This document shows positions 48,676 to 63,046 of a stretch of DNA of 64,000 nt, piece by piece; positions within the stretch are counted from its first letter, which is position 1, and each line of letters begins with the position of its first letter. The notes under the pieces were generated by a model, which saw only the letters and a list, made by a program, of their open reading frames with translations, was not told the DNA's origin and did not search any database. Position numbers and translations under genes: made by a program. The DNA comes from an uncultured delta proteobacterium (GTDB lineage: Bacteria > Desulfobacterota > Binatia > UBA9968), in NCBI GenBank assembly GCA_963771465.1, contig CAVYTU010000012.1:160001-224000 (forward strand), given 5' to 3'.

Positions 48676-48806
48676 AAAGAAGGCGGACGGATGACGGCGG
48701 AAGGCGGAAGAGGGAAACGAGTTCGTGTCGATCTATGCTGGGGTTGGTGGTCATCCTTTATCACTTGTCCTTCATTCTCACCTACATCGCGTCCGGCATT
48801 CGCCTC

Positions 48807-49463
48807 ATGAAAATCGGTATCTTCGGCGGCACCTTCGACCCGATCCATTGGGGCCATCTGCGCAGCGCCGAAGAGGTCGGCGAAACTTATCGGCTTGAGC
48901 GCATCTATTTTATTCCCGCGTCTATTCCGCCGCATAAGCGCGGCCAGACCACGACACCGGCGCGTGATCGATTGCGCATGGTGCGCCTGGCGGCGTCGCG
49001 TAATCCGCGCTTCGCGGTATCCATGGTGGAGTTGGCTCGTCCCGGCTTGTCTTATTCCGTCGATACGATCCGGGAGTTTGCCGGCAAGCTTAAAAAAACC
49101 GATGCGCTCTATTTCATCATCGGTTTAGACGCGTTTCGCGAGATCGGCACCTGGAAGGATTTCCCAGAAATATTTCCGCTTTGTAACTTCATCGTCACCT
49201 CGCGGCCCGGCAGCAAGGAGAACGATCCCCTCAAAGGCACCGGCGTTGCCGTCAAAAAACTCTTTTGTTATGATTTAAAGCATAAGAATTATCGCCATCG
49301 GAGCGGCACACGCATATACTTCATCGAGCTTACGGATATCGCCATCTCAGCTTCAGAAATACGCGCCTTGGTCCGGCAAGGAAAGTCGATTCGTTATTTA
49401 GTGCCAGCGGCAGTGGAAAAATATATCAAACAGCGCGGGCTGTACGCCAGCCGGCGCGGCTAG
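48807..49463 (+). CDS. nadD: Nicotinate-nucleotide adenylyltransferase
   Basis: GIFGGTFDPIHWGHL, PPHK, ISASEIR. Confidence 0.93.
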   Translation: MKIGIFGGTFDPIHWGHLRSAEEVGETYRLERIYFIPASIPPHKRGQTTTPARDRLRMVRLAASRNPRFAVSMVELARPGLSYSVDTIREFAGKLKKTDALYFIIGLDAFREIGTWKDFPEIFPLCNFIVTSRPGSKENDPLKGTGVAVKKLFCYDLKHKNYRHRSGTRIYFIELTDIAISASEIRALVRQGKSIRYLVPAAVEKYIKQRGLYASRRG

Positions 49464-49473
49464 TGGTGAAACT

Positions 49474-49881
49474 TTGAAAGACATCAGTTCTTGGGACAAA
49501 GTCTTAATGCTGACGCGCGCCGCGTTGGAGAAGAAGGCCTGTGACTTGGTCGTTTTGGACGTGCACGAACATACGTCCATCGCCGATTATTTCATCGTTT
49601 GTTCGGGCCGCTCCGACCGCCAGGTGCAAAGCATCGCGCAAGGGTTGGAAGAAGAGTCCGGTGAAGAAGGCATCAAACCCTTCGCCGTCGAAGGGGCGCA
49701 GCGCGGCCATTGGGTATTGATGGATTTCTCCGACGTGATCGTCCACATCTTCTACGAACCGGTGCGCCAGTTTTACGATCTCGACGGTCTGTGGGGTCAT
49801 GCTCCGATAGCAAAGCTGCCTGAAACCTACGCCAAATTGATCACACAGTTTCAGGCTTCCGACGAGCGCTTATCCTCGTAA
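49474..49881 (+). CDS. rsfS: Ribosome silencing factor
   Basis: DYFIVCSGRSDRQV, WVLMDFSDVIVHIF....RQFYDLDGLW. Confidence 0.92.
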   Translation: MKDISSWDKVLMLTRAALEKKACDLVVLDVHEHTSIADYFIVCSGRSDRQVQSIAQGLEEESGEEGIKPFAVEGAQRGHWVLMDFSDVIVHIFYEPVRQFYDLDGLWGHAPIAKLPETYAKLITQFQASDERLSS

Positions 49882-49941
49882 GCGAACTTTCCCGCTTAAT
49901 TCACGCTGCGGCGGGAAGTTCTAACCAGAAAGGAAATCCCC

Positions 49942-51486
49942 TTGAGCACGATTGAGCCCGTGGTTCTGATTATCTTGGACGGCTTCGGCATCAATCCGCG
50001 CAAGGATTATAACGCCATCGCCAACGCCACGAAGCCCAATCTCGACGCGTTGCTGCGGGATTACCCCAATTCCAAGCTGTCCATGTCCGGCGTCGACGTC
50101 GGTTTACCGGCGGGACAGATGGGCAATTCGGAAGTCGGCCACATGATTCTCGGCGCCGGGCGAATTGTTTTTCAGGATTTGACTCTGATCCACAAAGATA
50201 TCGACGAGGGAAAATTTTATCATAATGCCGTACTGCTCGATGCGCTGCGCAAGGCCAAAGCGAAGAGCGACCGGCTGCATTTGATGGGACTTCTCGGTGA
50301 CGGCGGCGTGCATAGCCACCAGCGGCACATGGAAGCGCTCCTGGAGATGGCCAAGCGCGAGAAACTCGGCCAGGTGTATCTCCACCTGTTTCTCGACGGC
50401 CGCGATACGCCGCCGAACAGCGCCGAGCAGTTCATGCTCGATTTGAATGACAAGCTCAAAGCATTTCCCAACGTAAAAATCGCCACGGTGAGCGGGCGCT
50501 ATTATGCCATGGACCGGGACAAACGGTGGGATCGGGTCGAGAAGGCTTATCTTTGTCTTACTGAGGGGATAGGCAATCAGGCTTCATCGGCGCTCGAAGC
50601 GATTCGCAACAGCTACAAAGAGAATGTGACCGATGAGTTCGTCTTGCCGACGACGATTGCCGGCGTGGTTCCCGATGGACTGATCCGCAACGGCGACGGC
50701 GTGATATTTTTTAACTTTCGCGCCGACCGAGCGCGCGAGTTGACGCGCGCCTTGACCGATCCGGAGTTCAAAGAGTTTTCCCGGCCGCGGCGCATCGAGC
50801 TATGCAGTTATACGACGATGACGCAGTATGACGAGACGTTTAAACATCCGGTCGCCTATCAACCGCGCGAGATTAGAAAAATTCTCGGTGAGGTGGCGAG
50901 TCAGGCCGGGGTTAAGCAATTGCGCATCGCCGAGACCGAGAAATACGCTCATGTGACGTATTTCTTCAATGGCGGCGAGGAAAAGAAGTTTCCCGGCGAA
51001 GAGCGGATTCTCATTCCGTCGCCGAAAGACGTCGCGACCTACGATTTGAAGCCAGAGATGAGCGCCCGGCCGGTGACCGAAGCTTTGGTGAAGCACTTGC
51101 GCGAGACCGATGTCGGCCTCGTGATTGCCAACTACGCCAACGCCGATATGGTCGGCCACACGGGCAACTTCGAGGCGTCGATTAAAGCCGTCGAGGTGAT
51201 CGACGAGTGCCTCGGCAAGGTCGTCGACGCCGTGCTCGGCAAAAAAGGCAAGCTCATCATCACCGCCGACCATGGCAACATCGAGCAACTGATCGACTAC
51301 GACACCGGCAAGCTGCACACCGCACATACGATCAATCTCGTGCCGGTGATTCTCATCGACGAAGAGCATCGGAAGTGCCGGCTCAATCAAGGCACGGCGA
51401 TCGATGTAGCGCCGACGGTGATGCAGTTACTCGGATTGCCCCTGCCAGCCGAAATGACCGGCCATTCCTTGATCGTCGAAGCGTAG
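49942..51486 (+). CDS. gpmI: 2,3-bisphosphoglycerate-independent phosphoglycerate mutase
   Basis: LIILDGFG, GQMGNSEVGH, GRYYAMDRD, ETEKYAHVT, ADHGN. Confidence 0.96.
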   Translation: MSTIEPVVLIILDGFGINPRKDYNAIANATKPNLDALLRDYPNSKLSMSGVDVGLPAGQMGNSEVGHMILGAGRIVFQDLTLIHKDIDEGKFYHNAVLLDALRKAKAKSDRLHLMGLLGDGGVHSHQRHMEALLEMAKREKLGQVYLHLFLDGRDTPPNSAEQFMLDLNDKLKAFPNVKIATVSGRYYAMDRDKRWDRVEKAYLCLTEGIGNQASSALEAIRNSYKENVTDEFVLPTTIAGVVPDGLIRNGDGVIFFNFRADRARELTRALTDPEFKEFSRPRRIELCSYTTMTQYDETFKHPVAYQPREIRKILGEVASQAGVKQLRIAETEKYAHVTYFFNGGEEKKFPGEERILIPSPKDVATYDLKPEMSARPVTEALVKHLRETDVGLVIANYANADMVGHTGNFEASIKAVEVIDECLGKVVDAVLGKKGKLIITADHGNIEQLIDYDTGKLHTAHTINLVPVILIDEEHRKCRLNQGTAIDVAPTVMQLLGLPLPAEMTGHSLIVEA

Positions 51487-51608
51487 CGAAAAGAAAATCT
51501 CCCTCGCTTGCCCATTTCTAAGCGAAAGACTGTTTGGCACTTTTTTTTGATCGGCGGCAATTTTTGCTTTGCCAGTTGGAGCACGGATTTGATAGATTTC
51601 CTGGCGCG

Positions 51609-52376
51609 ATGGAACTGGCTGAACAGCGAAACCTTTCCGATCGGCTCGATTGGCTGGTGGATTGGCTCTATCCGCCGCGCTGCCGCGCTTGCGCCGGGCG
51701 GATTCATGGGCGGGATGCGGAATATTTCTGCGCGGCTTGCTGGTGCCAGATCCAATTGGTTTGCCATCCGCTCTGTCGGATTTGCGGCCGGCCATTTCCC
51801 GATGCCGGCGGTGACGATCATACCTGCGGCGTTTGTCTGGAGCGCGCACCGCGTTTCGCCGCGGCGCGCGCTTGGGCCTGCTATCCGAGAGAAGAGTCGG
51901 CGGAACATCCGCTGCGTCAAGTGGTGCATAAATACAAATACGGCCGCAAGGTCGCGCTCGGCAAACCACTCGGACGGTTGATGGCGCGCGGCTGTGCGGA
52001 GTTTCTCAGTGAATTTCACGCTGACTTGATCGTTCCGGTGCCGCTCCATGGACGAAGATTGCGCTGGCGCGGCTTCAATCAATCGTTGCTCTTGGCACGC
52101 CAAGTGAGCCGAGCTTACACCGTGCCGGTCGATCCCTTCGTCCTGCAACGGCGCAAGGAAACCGCGGCGCAAACCCAGCTTCCCGAAGACGACCGGAGGC
52201 GCAATGTGCGCGGCGCCTTTGCGCTTCATCCGGACAAATCGGTGAAAGACAAAACGGTCTTGTTGATCGACGATGTTTACACCTCGGGCGCGACAGTAAA
52301 TGAATGCAGCCAAACTTTGAAGCGAGCCGGCGCCAACGAAGTCTACGTGCTGACGCTGGCGCGGGCGGTTTACTAA
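51609..52376 (+). CDS. comF: ComF family protein (Zn ribbon + phosphoribosyltransferase)
   Basis: CxxC pairs, PVPLH, RGFNQS, LIDDVYTSGAT. Confidence 0.88.
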   Translation: MELAEQRNLSDRLDWLVDWLYPPRCRACAGRIHGRDAEYFCAACWCQIQLVCHPLCRICGRPFPDAGGDDHTCGVCLERAPRFAAARAWACYPREESAEHPLRQVVHKYKYGRKVALGKPLGRLMARGCAEFLSEFHADLIVPVPLHGRRLRWRGFNQSLLLARQVSRAYTVPVDPFVLQRRKETAAQTQLPEDDRRRNVRGAFALHPDKSVKDKTVLLIDDVYTSGATVNECSQTLKRAGANEVYVLTLARAVY

Positions 52377-52380
52377 GGAG

Positions 52381-52977
52381 ATGCAAGGATCACTCTTGTC
52401 TCAAGAAGATCAAGTAAGATGGGATAAGCAGCACGCCGATTCTGCGGACACCGCACAACCGGCGAGTTTCTTGCGACAAGTTTTCGCAACCGACGCTTGG
52501 GCATTGCCGCGCGGGCGAGCCTTGGACATCGCCTGCGGCAAGGGGCGAAATTCTCTGTATCTTGCCGAGCTCGGCTTCGAAGTCGCCGCCATGGATATTT
52601 CTGCTGTGGCATTGGACGAAGCGCGCACACGAGCCAAATCGAGGCAGCTTTGCATCGATTGGCGCCAATCCGATCTCGAAGTCGTGCAACTCGCTGAAGC
52701 TGTGTTCGATCTAGTGGTCAACTTCAACTACTTGCAGCGCTCGCTGATTCCGCAAATCATGGGCGCGGTGAAGGTCGGCGGTTACGTTATCTTCGAAACC
52801 TATTTGATCGATCAAAGGGAGATCGGTCAGCCGAAAAATCCTGATTATCTGCTCGGCCACAACGAGTTGCTTGAACACTTCCGCGATTTCCGGGTGCTTT
52901 ACTATCGCGAGGGAAAATTCACTGAAGGCGAGGAAGCTTCCTATCGCGCCGGTATCCTAGCGCAGAGAACTGTGTGA
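52381..52977 (+). CDS. Class I SAM-dependent methyltransferase (TehB-like)
   Basis: ALDIACGKGRNSLYLA, NYLQR, GGYVIFET. Confidence 0.8.
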   Translation: MQGSLLSQEDQVRWDKQHADSADTAQPASFLRQVFATDAWALPRGRALDIACGKGRNSLYLAELGFEVAAMDISAVALDEARTRAKSRQLCIDWRQSDLEVVQLAEAVFDLVVNFNYLQRSLIPQIMGAVKVGGYVIFETYLIDQREIGQPKNPDYLLGHNELLEHFRDFRVLYYREGKFTEGEEASYRAGILAQRTV

Positions 52978-52999
52978 GAACCCCATCGGATCTGGTTTT

Positions 53000-53683
53000 A
53001 TGGCGGTAACGATGCTTAACACCGACATCACGCATCGCTCGGCTCGATGGCTCGACCGCACCGAATATCGCCTTTGCTGTCCCCGTTGCCGCCGGCCGCG
53101 CAGCGGCTGCTACTGCTCCGTGATTTCGCCGTTCGAATCCGAGCCGCGTTTTATCATTCTCAGCCAGCCGCGCGAGGCCAAGCACCGGCTCGGCACGGGA
53201 CGCATGGCTCATCTTTGTTTAGCCAACTCGGCGCTTTTCCAAGGCGTCGATTTTTCCGATGACGATCGGGTGAATCGCGAGATTGGCGACCCGGCGAATT
53301 GTCCCGTCTTACTGTACCTAAGCCGATTCTCCATCAACCTGTCACGGCTGGTTGAGAGTGAACGACAGAGGTTGTTTACCAATGATCGTAAGCTCGTCGT
53401 TTTCGTTTTGGACGGAACCTGGAAGAGCGTGCGTAAAATGATTCGTTTGAGCAAAAACCTGGCGCGTCTGCCGACGATCTGTTTCGATCCGCCGACGCCG
53501 TCGGCATATCGGATTCGCCGCGAACCGCGCCCGCAATGTTATTCGACCATCGAGGCGATCCATCAAGTGATCGAACTGTTCACATTCGAGGCTGCCCCTT
53601 ACGGTCCATTTTCCCGGCCCCATGACACGATGCTCGGTGTCCTTCGTTCCGTGATTGAGCGCCAGTTGACCTACACGGCTTAG
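53000..53683 (+). CDS. DTW-domain tRNA-uridine aminocarboxypropyltransferase (TapT-like)
   Basis: CPRC....CYC, LDGTW, YRIR, STIEA. Confidence 0.82.
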   Translation: MAVTMLNTDITHRSARWLDRTEYRLCCPRCRRPRSGCYCSVISPFESEPRFIILSQPREAKHRLGTGRMAHLCLANSALFQGVDFSDDDRVNREIGDPANCPVLLYLSRFSINLSRLVESERQRLFTNDRKLVVFVLDGTWKSVRKMIRLSKNLARLPTICFDPPTPSAYRIRREPRPQCYSTIEAIHQVIELFTFEAAPYGPFSRPHDTMLGVLRSVIERQLTYTA

Positions 53684-53737
53684 CCGACCGCGCCTTGGCG
53701 CCGGCCCGGTCTGAGCGCCGCTTGGCGCAATCGGCCG

Positions 53738-53766
53738 TTGTTAATATCACAATATTCACATATAAT
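53738..53766 (+). promoter_or_regulatory. Putative sigma70 promoter of the sahR-like-metH operon
   Basis: TTGTTA-17 nt-TATAAT in an AT-rich patch about 20 nt upstream of the ATG. Confidence 0.5.
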
Positions 53767-53786
53767 GATTGACTAAGAGTCGATCC

Positions 53787-54775
53787 ATGGATTTTGTTCG
53801 CACACTCAAGGCTTTGGCCGATCCTTTGCGCCTGCGGGTTCTTGCCGCGGTGGCGGAAGAAGAGTTGACCGTCGGTGAAGTTCGCGAAGTGGTGGCTTCG
53901 GTGCAATCGTCGGTGTCGCGCAATCTGGCGATGTTGCGCGACGCCGGCTTCGTGCGCGACCGCAAGGAAGGCACCAACGTGTATTTTTCGGTGCGTCCGG
54001 ATATGGCGGCGCCGGCGCGCGAGCTGTTCAAGTCGCTGCAGTCGCGCTTTGCCGAGATCCCGGAGGTCAGAGGTGATCAAGCGCGCTTAGCGGAGTGCCG
54101 GCGCCGACGACTGCGCCGATCGGCCGGTTATTTCGAATCGGTGGCCGGGGACTGGGAGCGCATTCGCAAAAGCTATTTCGACGACCGCGTGACTTCATTG
54201 GCCATCGAGAAACTCTTGCCGCGGGATTTGACCCTGGCCGATATCGGTTGTGGCACGGGCAGTCTGACCTTTGAATTGGCGCGCTTCGCGCATAAAGTTA
54301 TCGGTGTCGACTTATCGTCGGAAATGCTTCGGCGCGCGCGCGGCGTCGCCGAAGAGCGGCGGATTCACAACGTCGAGTTCCAACAAGGGGACGCGCTCAA
54401 GTTACCGCTGGCTGCGCACAGCGTGGATGCGGCGTTTTGCGTCATGGTGTTGCATTTTCTCCCTGATCCGGCGCGCGCCGTCGCCGGCTTGTGCCGCATC
54501 GTTCGACCGGGCGGTTCGGTGATACTCGTCGACTTGGTGCAGCATAACCAGGAGTGGATGCGCGAACAGATGGCGCATCGATGGCTTGGCTTCGAGCGCA
54601 AAGCGATGGAACGGTGGTTTCGTGACGCCGGGATTGCCGACTTGGATTACGATCTGACGGGTTCGTTTGCCGGTGAAAAAATGGCGCGCAACGGCAATCG
54701 GCCGGTGGAGATATTCGTCGCCCGTGCAAGTATGCCAGCGAAGGCAACCGGAGAATTAGCGAGAAAGAAAAATAA

Positions 54776-54779
<4 letters not shown>
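53787..54779 (+). CDS. ArsR-HTH/methyltransferase fusion regulator (SahR-like)
   Basis: [34 protein letters not shown]; overlaps the metH start. Confidence 0.8.
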
Positions 54780-58474
<3,695 letters not shown>

Positions 58475-58588
58475 GCCCTGCGGTTTGTTTAGCATGTAAA
58501 GCTTCATCCGCGAGCGTCGTCGTATTTCAACGTTTCCGGAATTCCGGAATGTCGAAGAGGGTTAGCAAAGTAAAGGAGGCAATGAAGG

Positions 58589-59734
58589 ATGGCGCAAGAT
58601 TTTGTCGGTACCAAACGCTGGATACGGCCGGCCACTCCCTATGAGCTTTACATGGAGGAGCAAAATCTCCCCATCCATCGCGGGACGGTGGGATTCTACG
58701 ACCTCCGCGACCTGACTTTAGGATCTTGGCAGCGCATGGGCGCGCAAGGCGCCTTCATTGAGCTCAACGGCTGCGGCGGGCTCCAAGGGATGTACGTCAT
58801 CGAGGTGCCCGGTGCCGGCGTCATCACTCCTGAAAAGCACATGTACGAGGAGATTTTCTACGTGATCGAGGGACGCGGCACGACGGAAATCTGGAGCGAT
58901 GACGCCACCAAGAAACAGACCTTTGAATGGCAAGCGGGCAGCCTGTTCTCGCCGCCGCTAAACACTTGGCACCGCATCGTCAACGCCACCTCGAGCCCAG
59001 CGTTACTACTCGGCGTGACCAATGCGCCGCCGATTTTTCAGCTGTACCGGAGCCAGGACGCCCTGTTCAACAATCCGTACCAGTTCAAGGATCGTTATGA
59101 TGGCAGTGCGGATTATTTTAAAGCGCAAACCTCGCTCGGCAAAGATCCGCGCCACGGCCGCGCGCGCAACTACGGTAATATTATCCCGGATGCCGATCGC
59201 GTCGAGCTGCCGCTCGATGGCCAGCGCGGCGTCGGGCACCGAACTTTTTTCTGGAACCTGTCCGGCAATAGTTTTCAGGGGTTCATCGCGCAATACGCGC
59301 CCGGTCGCTATTCCCGCTGTCATGCCCATGAAGCTGGCCCGGTTTTACTTTGTCTCGGCGGCAAGGGTTACACGATCACATGGCCCGGCGAAGCGGGGAC
59401 GACGCCTTGGGCGGATGGCAAGGGCGAATTGGTGCAGCGACAGGACTACAAAGCTGGCGGTATCGTGAGCGCCGCTCCCGGCGACGCCGGTTGGTTCCAC
59501 GGCCACTATGGCGCTTCGAAAGAACCCTTGCGTGTGCTGGCCTTTCTGGGCGGCTATCCTCGGCGGGTCAAGGGTGTGCCCGGTGTCGATTGGCGCGGCT
59601 TGAATCTCGACATCAAAGAGGGTGGCAACACCATCGAGTATCGCGACGAAGATCCGCATATCCGCAAAATGTTTCAAGAGCAATTGGCCAAGGAAGGCGC
59701 GGACTTCAACATGCCTAATGATGCGTATTTGTAA
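58589..59734 (+). CDS. Bicupin protein (gentisate-dioxygenase/EutQ-like fold)
   Basis: EKHMYEEIFYV..GRG, PPLNTWH, CHAHEAG, WFHGH; AAAGGAGG SD. Confidence 0.7.
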   Translation: MAQDFVGTKRWIRPATPYELYMEEQNLPIHRGTVGFYDLRDLTLGSWQRMGAQGAFIELNGCGGLQGMYVIEVPGAGVITPEKHMYEEIFYVIEGRGTTEIWSDDATKKQTFEWQAGSLFSPPLNTWHRIVNATSSPALLLGVTNAPPIFQLYRSQDALFNNPYQFKDRYDGSADYFKAQTSLGKDPRHGRARNYGNIIPDADRVELPLDGQRGVGHRTFFWNLSGNSFQGFIAQYAPGRYSRCHAHEAGPVLLCLGGKGYTITWPGEAGTTPWADGKGELVQRQDYKAGGIVSAAPGDAGWFHGHYGASKEPLRVLAFLGGYPRRVKGVPGVDWRGLNLDIKEGGNTIEYRDEDPHIRKMFQEQLAKEGADFNMPNDAYL

Positions 59735-59918
59735 GTCATGTGATGTCCGTCGCCCCGACTGAGTTGTCCACAGGAACTCCGGCAGCGGCGATCGAGCCTG
59801 CCGCATAAGCCGTTCACGTCTGCTCGTCAGCGAAGAGTGGGGTCCAGAAGGCGAACGCTTAAGGAATGACGACTCGCTTTGATGGATTCTGTTTTGCTCA
59901 AAACTAGGCTTGCTTCAA

Positions 59919-60629
59919 TCAATGGCGAGAGAGCGCGGCAGCGCTGGTCTTAGTTTCCGTCAAGAGACCGCCCAACTTTCTAAGCTTGTAGTGCGCTGAT
60001 CCATACACCAATCCCTCATCTAAGCGGCAGCCCAGGCCAACCGTCAACAGGAGTTGGCTATGATATTCCATATCCATCTTGTGCTCGATTTCGACGTGAT
60101 AGCCGTCGATGAGGCCCGCCGGAGTGCTGAACTGCGACCGTGAAATTCGTTTTACTAAATGAGTTACGCGGCCGGCGCGTTTGAGCTTGCCGGTCTCGAC
60201 GCTATACATTTTATACCCCGTCTGGCGCACAACGGCGTCGGCGGAATCGATCTTGGCCGGCAGCACGCTTAGCGCCGGTTCATAGGTGACATAGCTCTTG
60301 CTTTTGAACAGATCGAGCCGATCCATAATCAGGGCCCCCGAGCTGCTGCGCAGGGAGATGCGTCCGTAGTCGCCGAAGCTGAACGTCCATCTTTTTTCAT
60401 CCGTAGGATCAGCCTGGAATGTCACCGGCACCAGTCTTCCCTGGTCCTTGCCGTCGATGATCTTGAATTCCTTCTGCGAGCTGGTGAACGGTATTAGTTC
60501 AGTGGCGGTGACATGCTGCGGTAGGGAACGCTGCGGTGTGATGCCGGCGAGCGTCCCCGTGGCCACTAAAAGCGCAACAACGAAAACGATAAGGCGTGCA
60601 CAATACATCGATTGCTGATGCTCCTTCAA
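59919..60629 (-). CDS. Hypothetical exported protein
   Basis: 236-aa ORF with an N-terminal hydrophobic segment; no motif recognised. Confidence 0.55.
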   Translation of the reverse strand: MKEHQQSMYCARLIVFVVALLVATGTLAGITPQRSLPQHVTATELIPFTSSQKEFKIIDGKDQGRLVPVTFQADPTDEKRWTFSFGDYGRISLRSSSGALIMDRLDLFKSKSYVTYEPALSVLPAKIDSADAVVRQTGYKMYSVETGKLKRAGRVTHLVKRISRSQFSTPAGLIDGYHVEIEHKMDMEYHSQLLLTVGLGCRLDEGLVYGSAHYKLRKLGGLLTETKTSAAALSRH

Positions 60630-60791
60630 GCAATATTACAAAGGCGCTGGAGCAAGAAACAACCGCTTCCGAGTCACCACTGTGCCTTCAGTGTACCGGG
60701 ATAAAAGCAAAATGAAAGTGGGGATTTCCGCGATTGCGCTCGGCAGGGCTCTTGGCTTGATTCCAGGCTCAATGATTCTTAGTCTCTTAGA

Positions 60792-61538
60792 ATGGCAGAT
60801 CGGGTTCAAAGTCCCAGAGCGGGAAACCAAGCGACGACGGGAACGAAAATTGGCCACAAAAGATCCCTACTGAAGGGGTTTGCCCTACTTTTTCTGCTGC
60901 TAGCGCTACCAGCCGCCTGGCGCTGGACACCGCTCAATCACTGGGTGGACTTCGAAAGGGTAGTCGTTTTCCAGGAGGTCGTGCGCAGCCATCCCGCGGC
61001 ATTTTTATGGGTCCTGGCCATCTACCTCCTAGCAACTGTGGTGCTTTTTCCTATGACTATGCTGAATGTCGCAACGGTTTTGACGTTTGGCCCATTTCTG
61101 GGAAACGCGTATGCGTTGGCAGGTTGGTTGCTCAGTGCGACCGTCGGTTACGGCAGCGGCCGCATGCTCGGACAAGAGATGCTTCACAGAATCGTCGGAC
61201 CCCGGCTCGATCGCCTCATCCAACAGGTCGGACATCACGGTTTTCTTACCGTGTTAACGATACGTGTCCTCCCGGTAGCGCCCTTTACTCTTGCCAATCT
61301 CTTTGTCGGCGCGTCGGGAATTCGTTTTCGTGATTTCTTTTTAGCCAGTGTGGTCGGCCGAATTCCCGGAATTTTGGTTTTGAGCGTCGCCGGCGTCCAT
61401 ATTGAAAACGCCCTCCGCAAACCCTCGACGGGAAGTTTTATTCTACTCGGGCTGGTGTTGATCTTGATTCCCTTGTTGACCGTGTGGCTATCGAAGCGAT
61501 TCGCCGCGGCTCACAACCGGCGACGGACTTCGACCTAG
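60792..61538 (+). CDS. TVP38/TMEM64 (DedA/VTT) membrane protein
   Basis: FGPFLG, RVLPVAPFTLANLFVGASGIRFRDF. Confidence 0.8.
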   Translation: MADRVQSPRAGNQATTGTKIGHKRSLLKGFALLFLLLALPAAWRWTPLNHWVDFERVVVFQEVVRSHPAAFLWVLAIYLLATVVLFPMTMLNVATVLTFGPFLGNAYALAGWLLSATVGYGSGRMLGQEMLHRIVGPRLDRLIQQVGHHGFLTVLTIRVLPVAPFTLANLFVGASGIRFRDFFLASVVGRIPGILVLSVAGVHIENALRKPSTGSFILLGLVLILIPLLTVWLSKRFAAAHNRRRTST

Positions 61539-61565
61539 TAGTGAATGCAGGCCTCCAGCGTAGAA

Positions 61566-62816
61566 TCAAAGTAACTCTCTGATCGGAAAAGAGAAGAGCT
61601 CGAAGAACTTTTCCTTAAATCCGCGCGAGTCCCACTCCTGGTAGGATATCTTTTTGGCATGCTTGAGGTCCTCATCAAAAATCTCTTCGAGACGGTGGGC
61701 GAAGGCGCTGTCGTAAACGGTAAGATTCAGTTCTTCGTTCAGAGCGAATGATCGGTTGTCAAAGTTGGTGCTGCCGATGGTTGCCCAAACGCCGTCCACA
61801 ACCATGGTTTTAGCGTGCATAAGCGCGGGCAAATATTCGAAAATCTGAACACCCGCGAGCAGCAGCCGGCCGAAGTTGCGACGGCTGGCTCGATAGACAA
61901 TCTTATGGTCTATCTTATCGGGCACCAACACGGTTACCCGGACTCCCCGGGCAGCGGCCTCCAGCAAAACATTGATCATCCGATCGTCGGGGATGAAGTA
62001 CGGATTGGTGATCAGAATGGATTTTCGCGCTGATGCGATCGAGATCAAAAAGAGCATGTAGTTTTGAAAGCTGCCGCCGACAGGCGAGCTTTTGACGATT
62101 TGCGCCGAAATTTTTCCGCGCGGCTCAAGGCGAGGAAAATAATGATCGCCGCCGAGCAGGGCCCCGGTCGCCTCAAGCCAACTCTCCGCAAACGCGCTTT
62201 GAAGATTTTTTACGATCGGACCCTCGATCCGCGCATTGGTTTCCCGCCAATGATCTGCGGTGCGGCCGTCTCCGGTCCAGGCTTCACTGATTCCATACCC
62301 GCCGGTGAAGCCGATCCGTCCATCGATCACGAGAATCCGGCGATGGTTGCGATAGTTGTATCTCAGCAACTTCCAAATGAAGATCACCTGCGGCGCTTCG
62401 ACCCTGCGAAACAACTCCACCTGACAACCGGCATCGCGCATCATGTCGGGAATCTCGGCGGGCGTATTGGTTCCATGGCTATCTAAAAGGATGTTGACGA
62501 CAACTCCGGCTCGGCAGCGTTCGGCAAATGCCTTCGCCAACTCGTAAGCGATCGAGCCGTCTTCGTAGAGGTACTGGGCGAAGGTGATCGTCTGGGTTGC
62601 GCCTTTTATGTCACGCAACATGGCTGGGAAGGTTTCATCGCCATTGAGCAAGATATCGACACGGCTGCCGCCGATGATCGGCGCATCGGTGTGAGCTTCG
62701 ATGGTGGGGAAAAATGACGGTTCGCCGAGAGTCATGTCGGGGATTTTGTAGACCGGGAGGACTTTGGCGCAGCTCAATAACAGCAATACTACAAGCAACC
62801 AGGTAGCAGGTTTCAT
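61566..62816 (-). CDS. cls: Cardiolipin synthase-like phospholipase D
   Basis: LLNGDETFP, NHRRILVIDG..GFTGG, MHAKTMVVDG..ATIGSTNFD.RS. Confidence 0.8.
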   Translation of the reverse strand: MKPATWLLVVLLLLSCAKVLPVYKIPDMTLGEPSFFPTIEAHTDAPIIGGSRVDILLNGDETFPAMLRDIKGATQTITFAQYLYEDGSIAYELAKAFAERCRAGVVVNILLDSHGTNTPAEIPDMMRDAGCQVELFRRVEAPQVIFIWKLLRYNYRNHRRILVIDGRIGFTGGYGISEAWTGDGRTADHWRETNARIEGPIVKNLQSAFAESWLEATGALLGGDHYFPRLEPRGKISAQIVKSSPVGGSFQNYMLFLISIASARKSILITNPYFIPDDRMINVLLEAAARGVRVTVLVPDKIDHKIVYRASRRNFGRLLLAGVQIFEYLPALMHAKTMVVDGVWATIGSTNFDNRSFALNEELNLTVYDSAFAHRLEEIFDEDLKHAKKISYQEWDSRGFKEKFFELFSFPIRELL

Positions 62817-63046
62817 AATCGTGAACTCCACAGTGTTACTACTTCACCGACATATTAAAACACATTAAAGAGCTCAATTCAGGACTGGCAAAACTAGCTG
62901 GGTCAACACTCAGGCATGACCCTCCTGGTTTTTTGTTCCCTTGCGAAGCGCCAAATTGATGCAATCGCTCGGTGCAGGCCCGCAGGGTGTTGCATGCTAC
63001 CCTAAAAAAGAGTCGAGGTGTGAGAACTGAGCAGGGGAAGCTTCTA

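Noticed and set aside
53684-53786. SAM or cobalamin riboswitch upstream of the metH operon
   Set aside because: The spacer is short and I saw no riboswitch core motif; a SahR-like regulator explains the control
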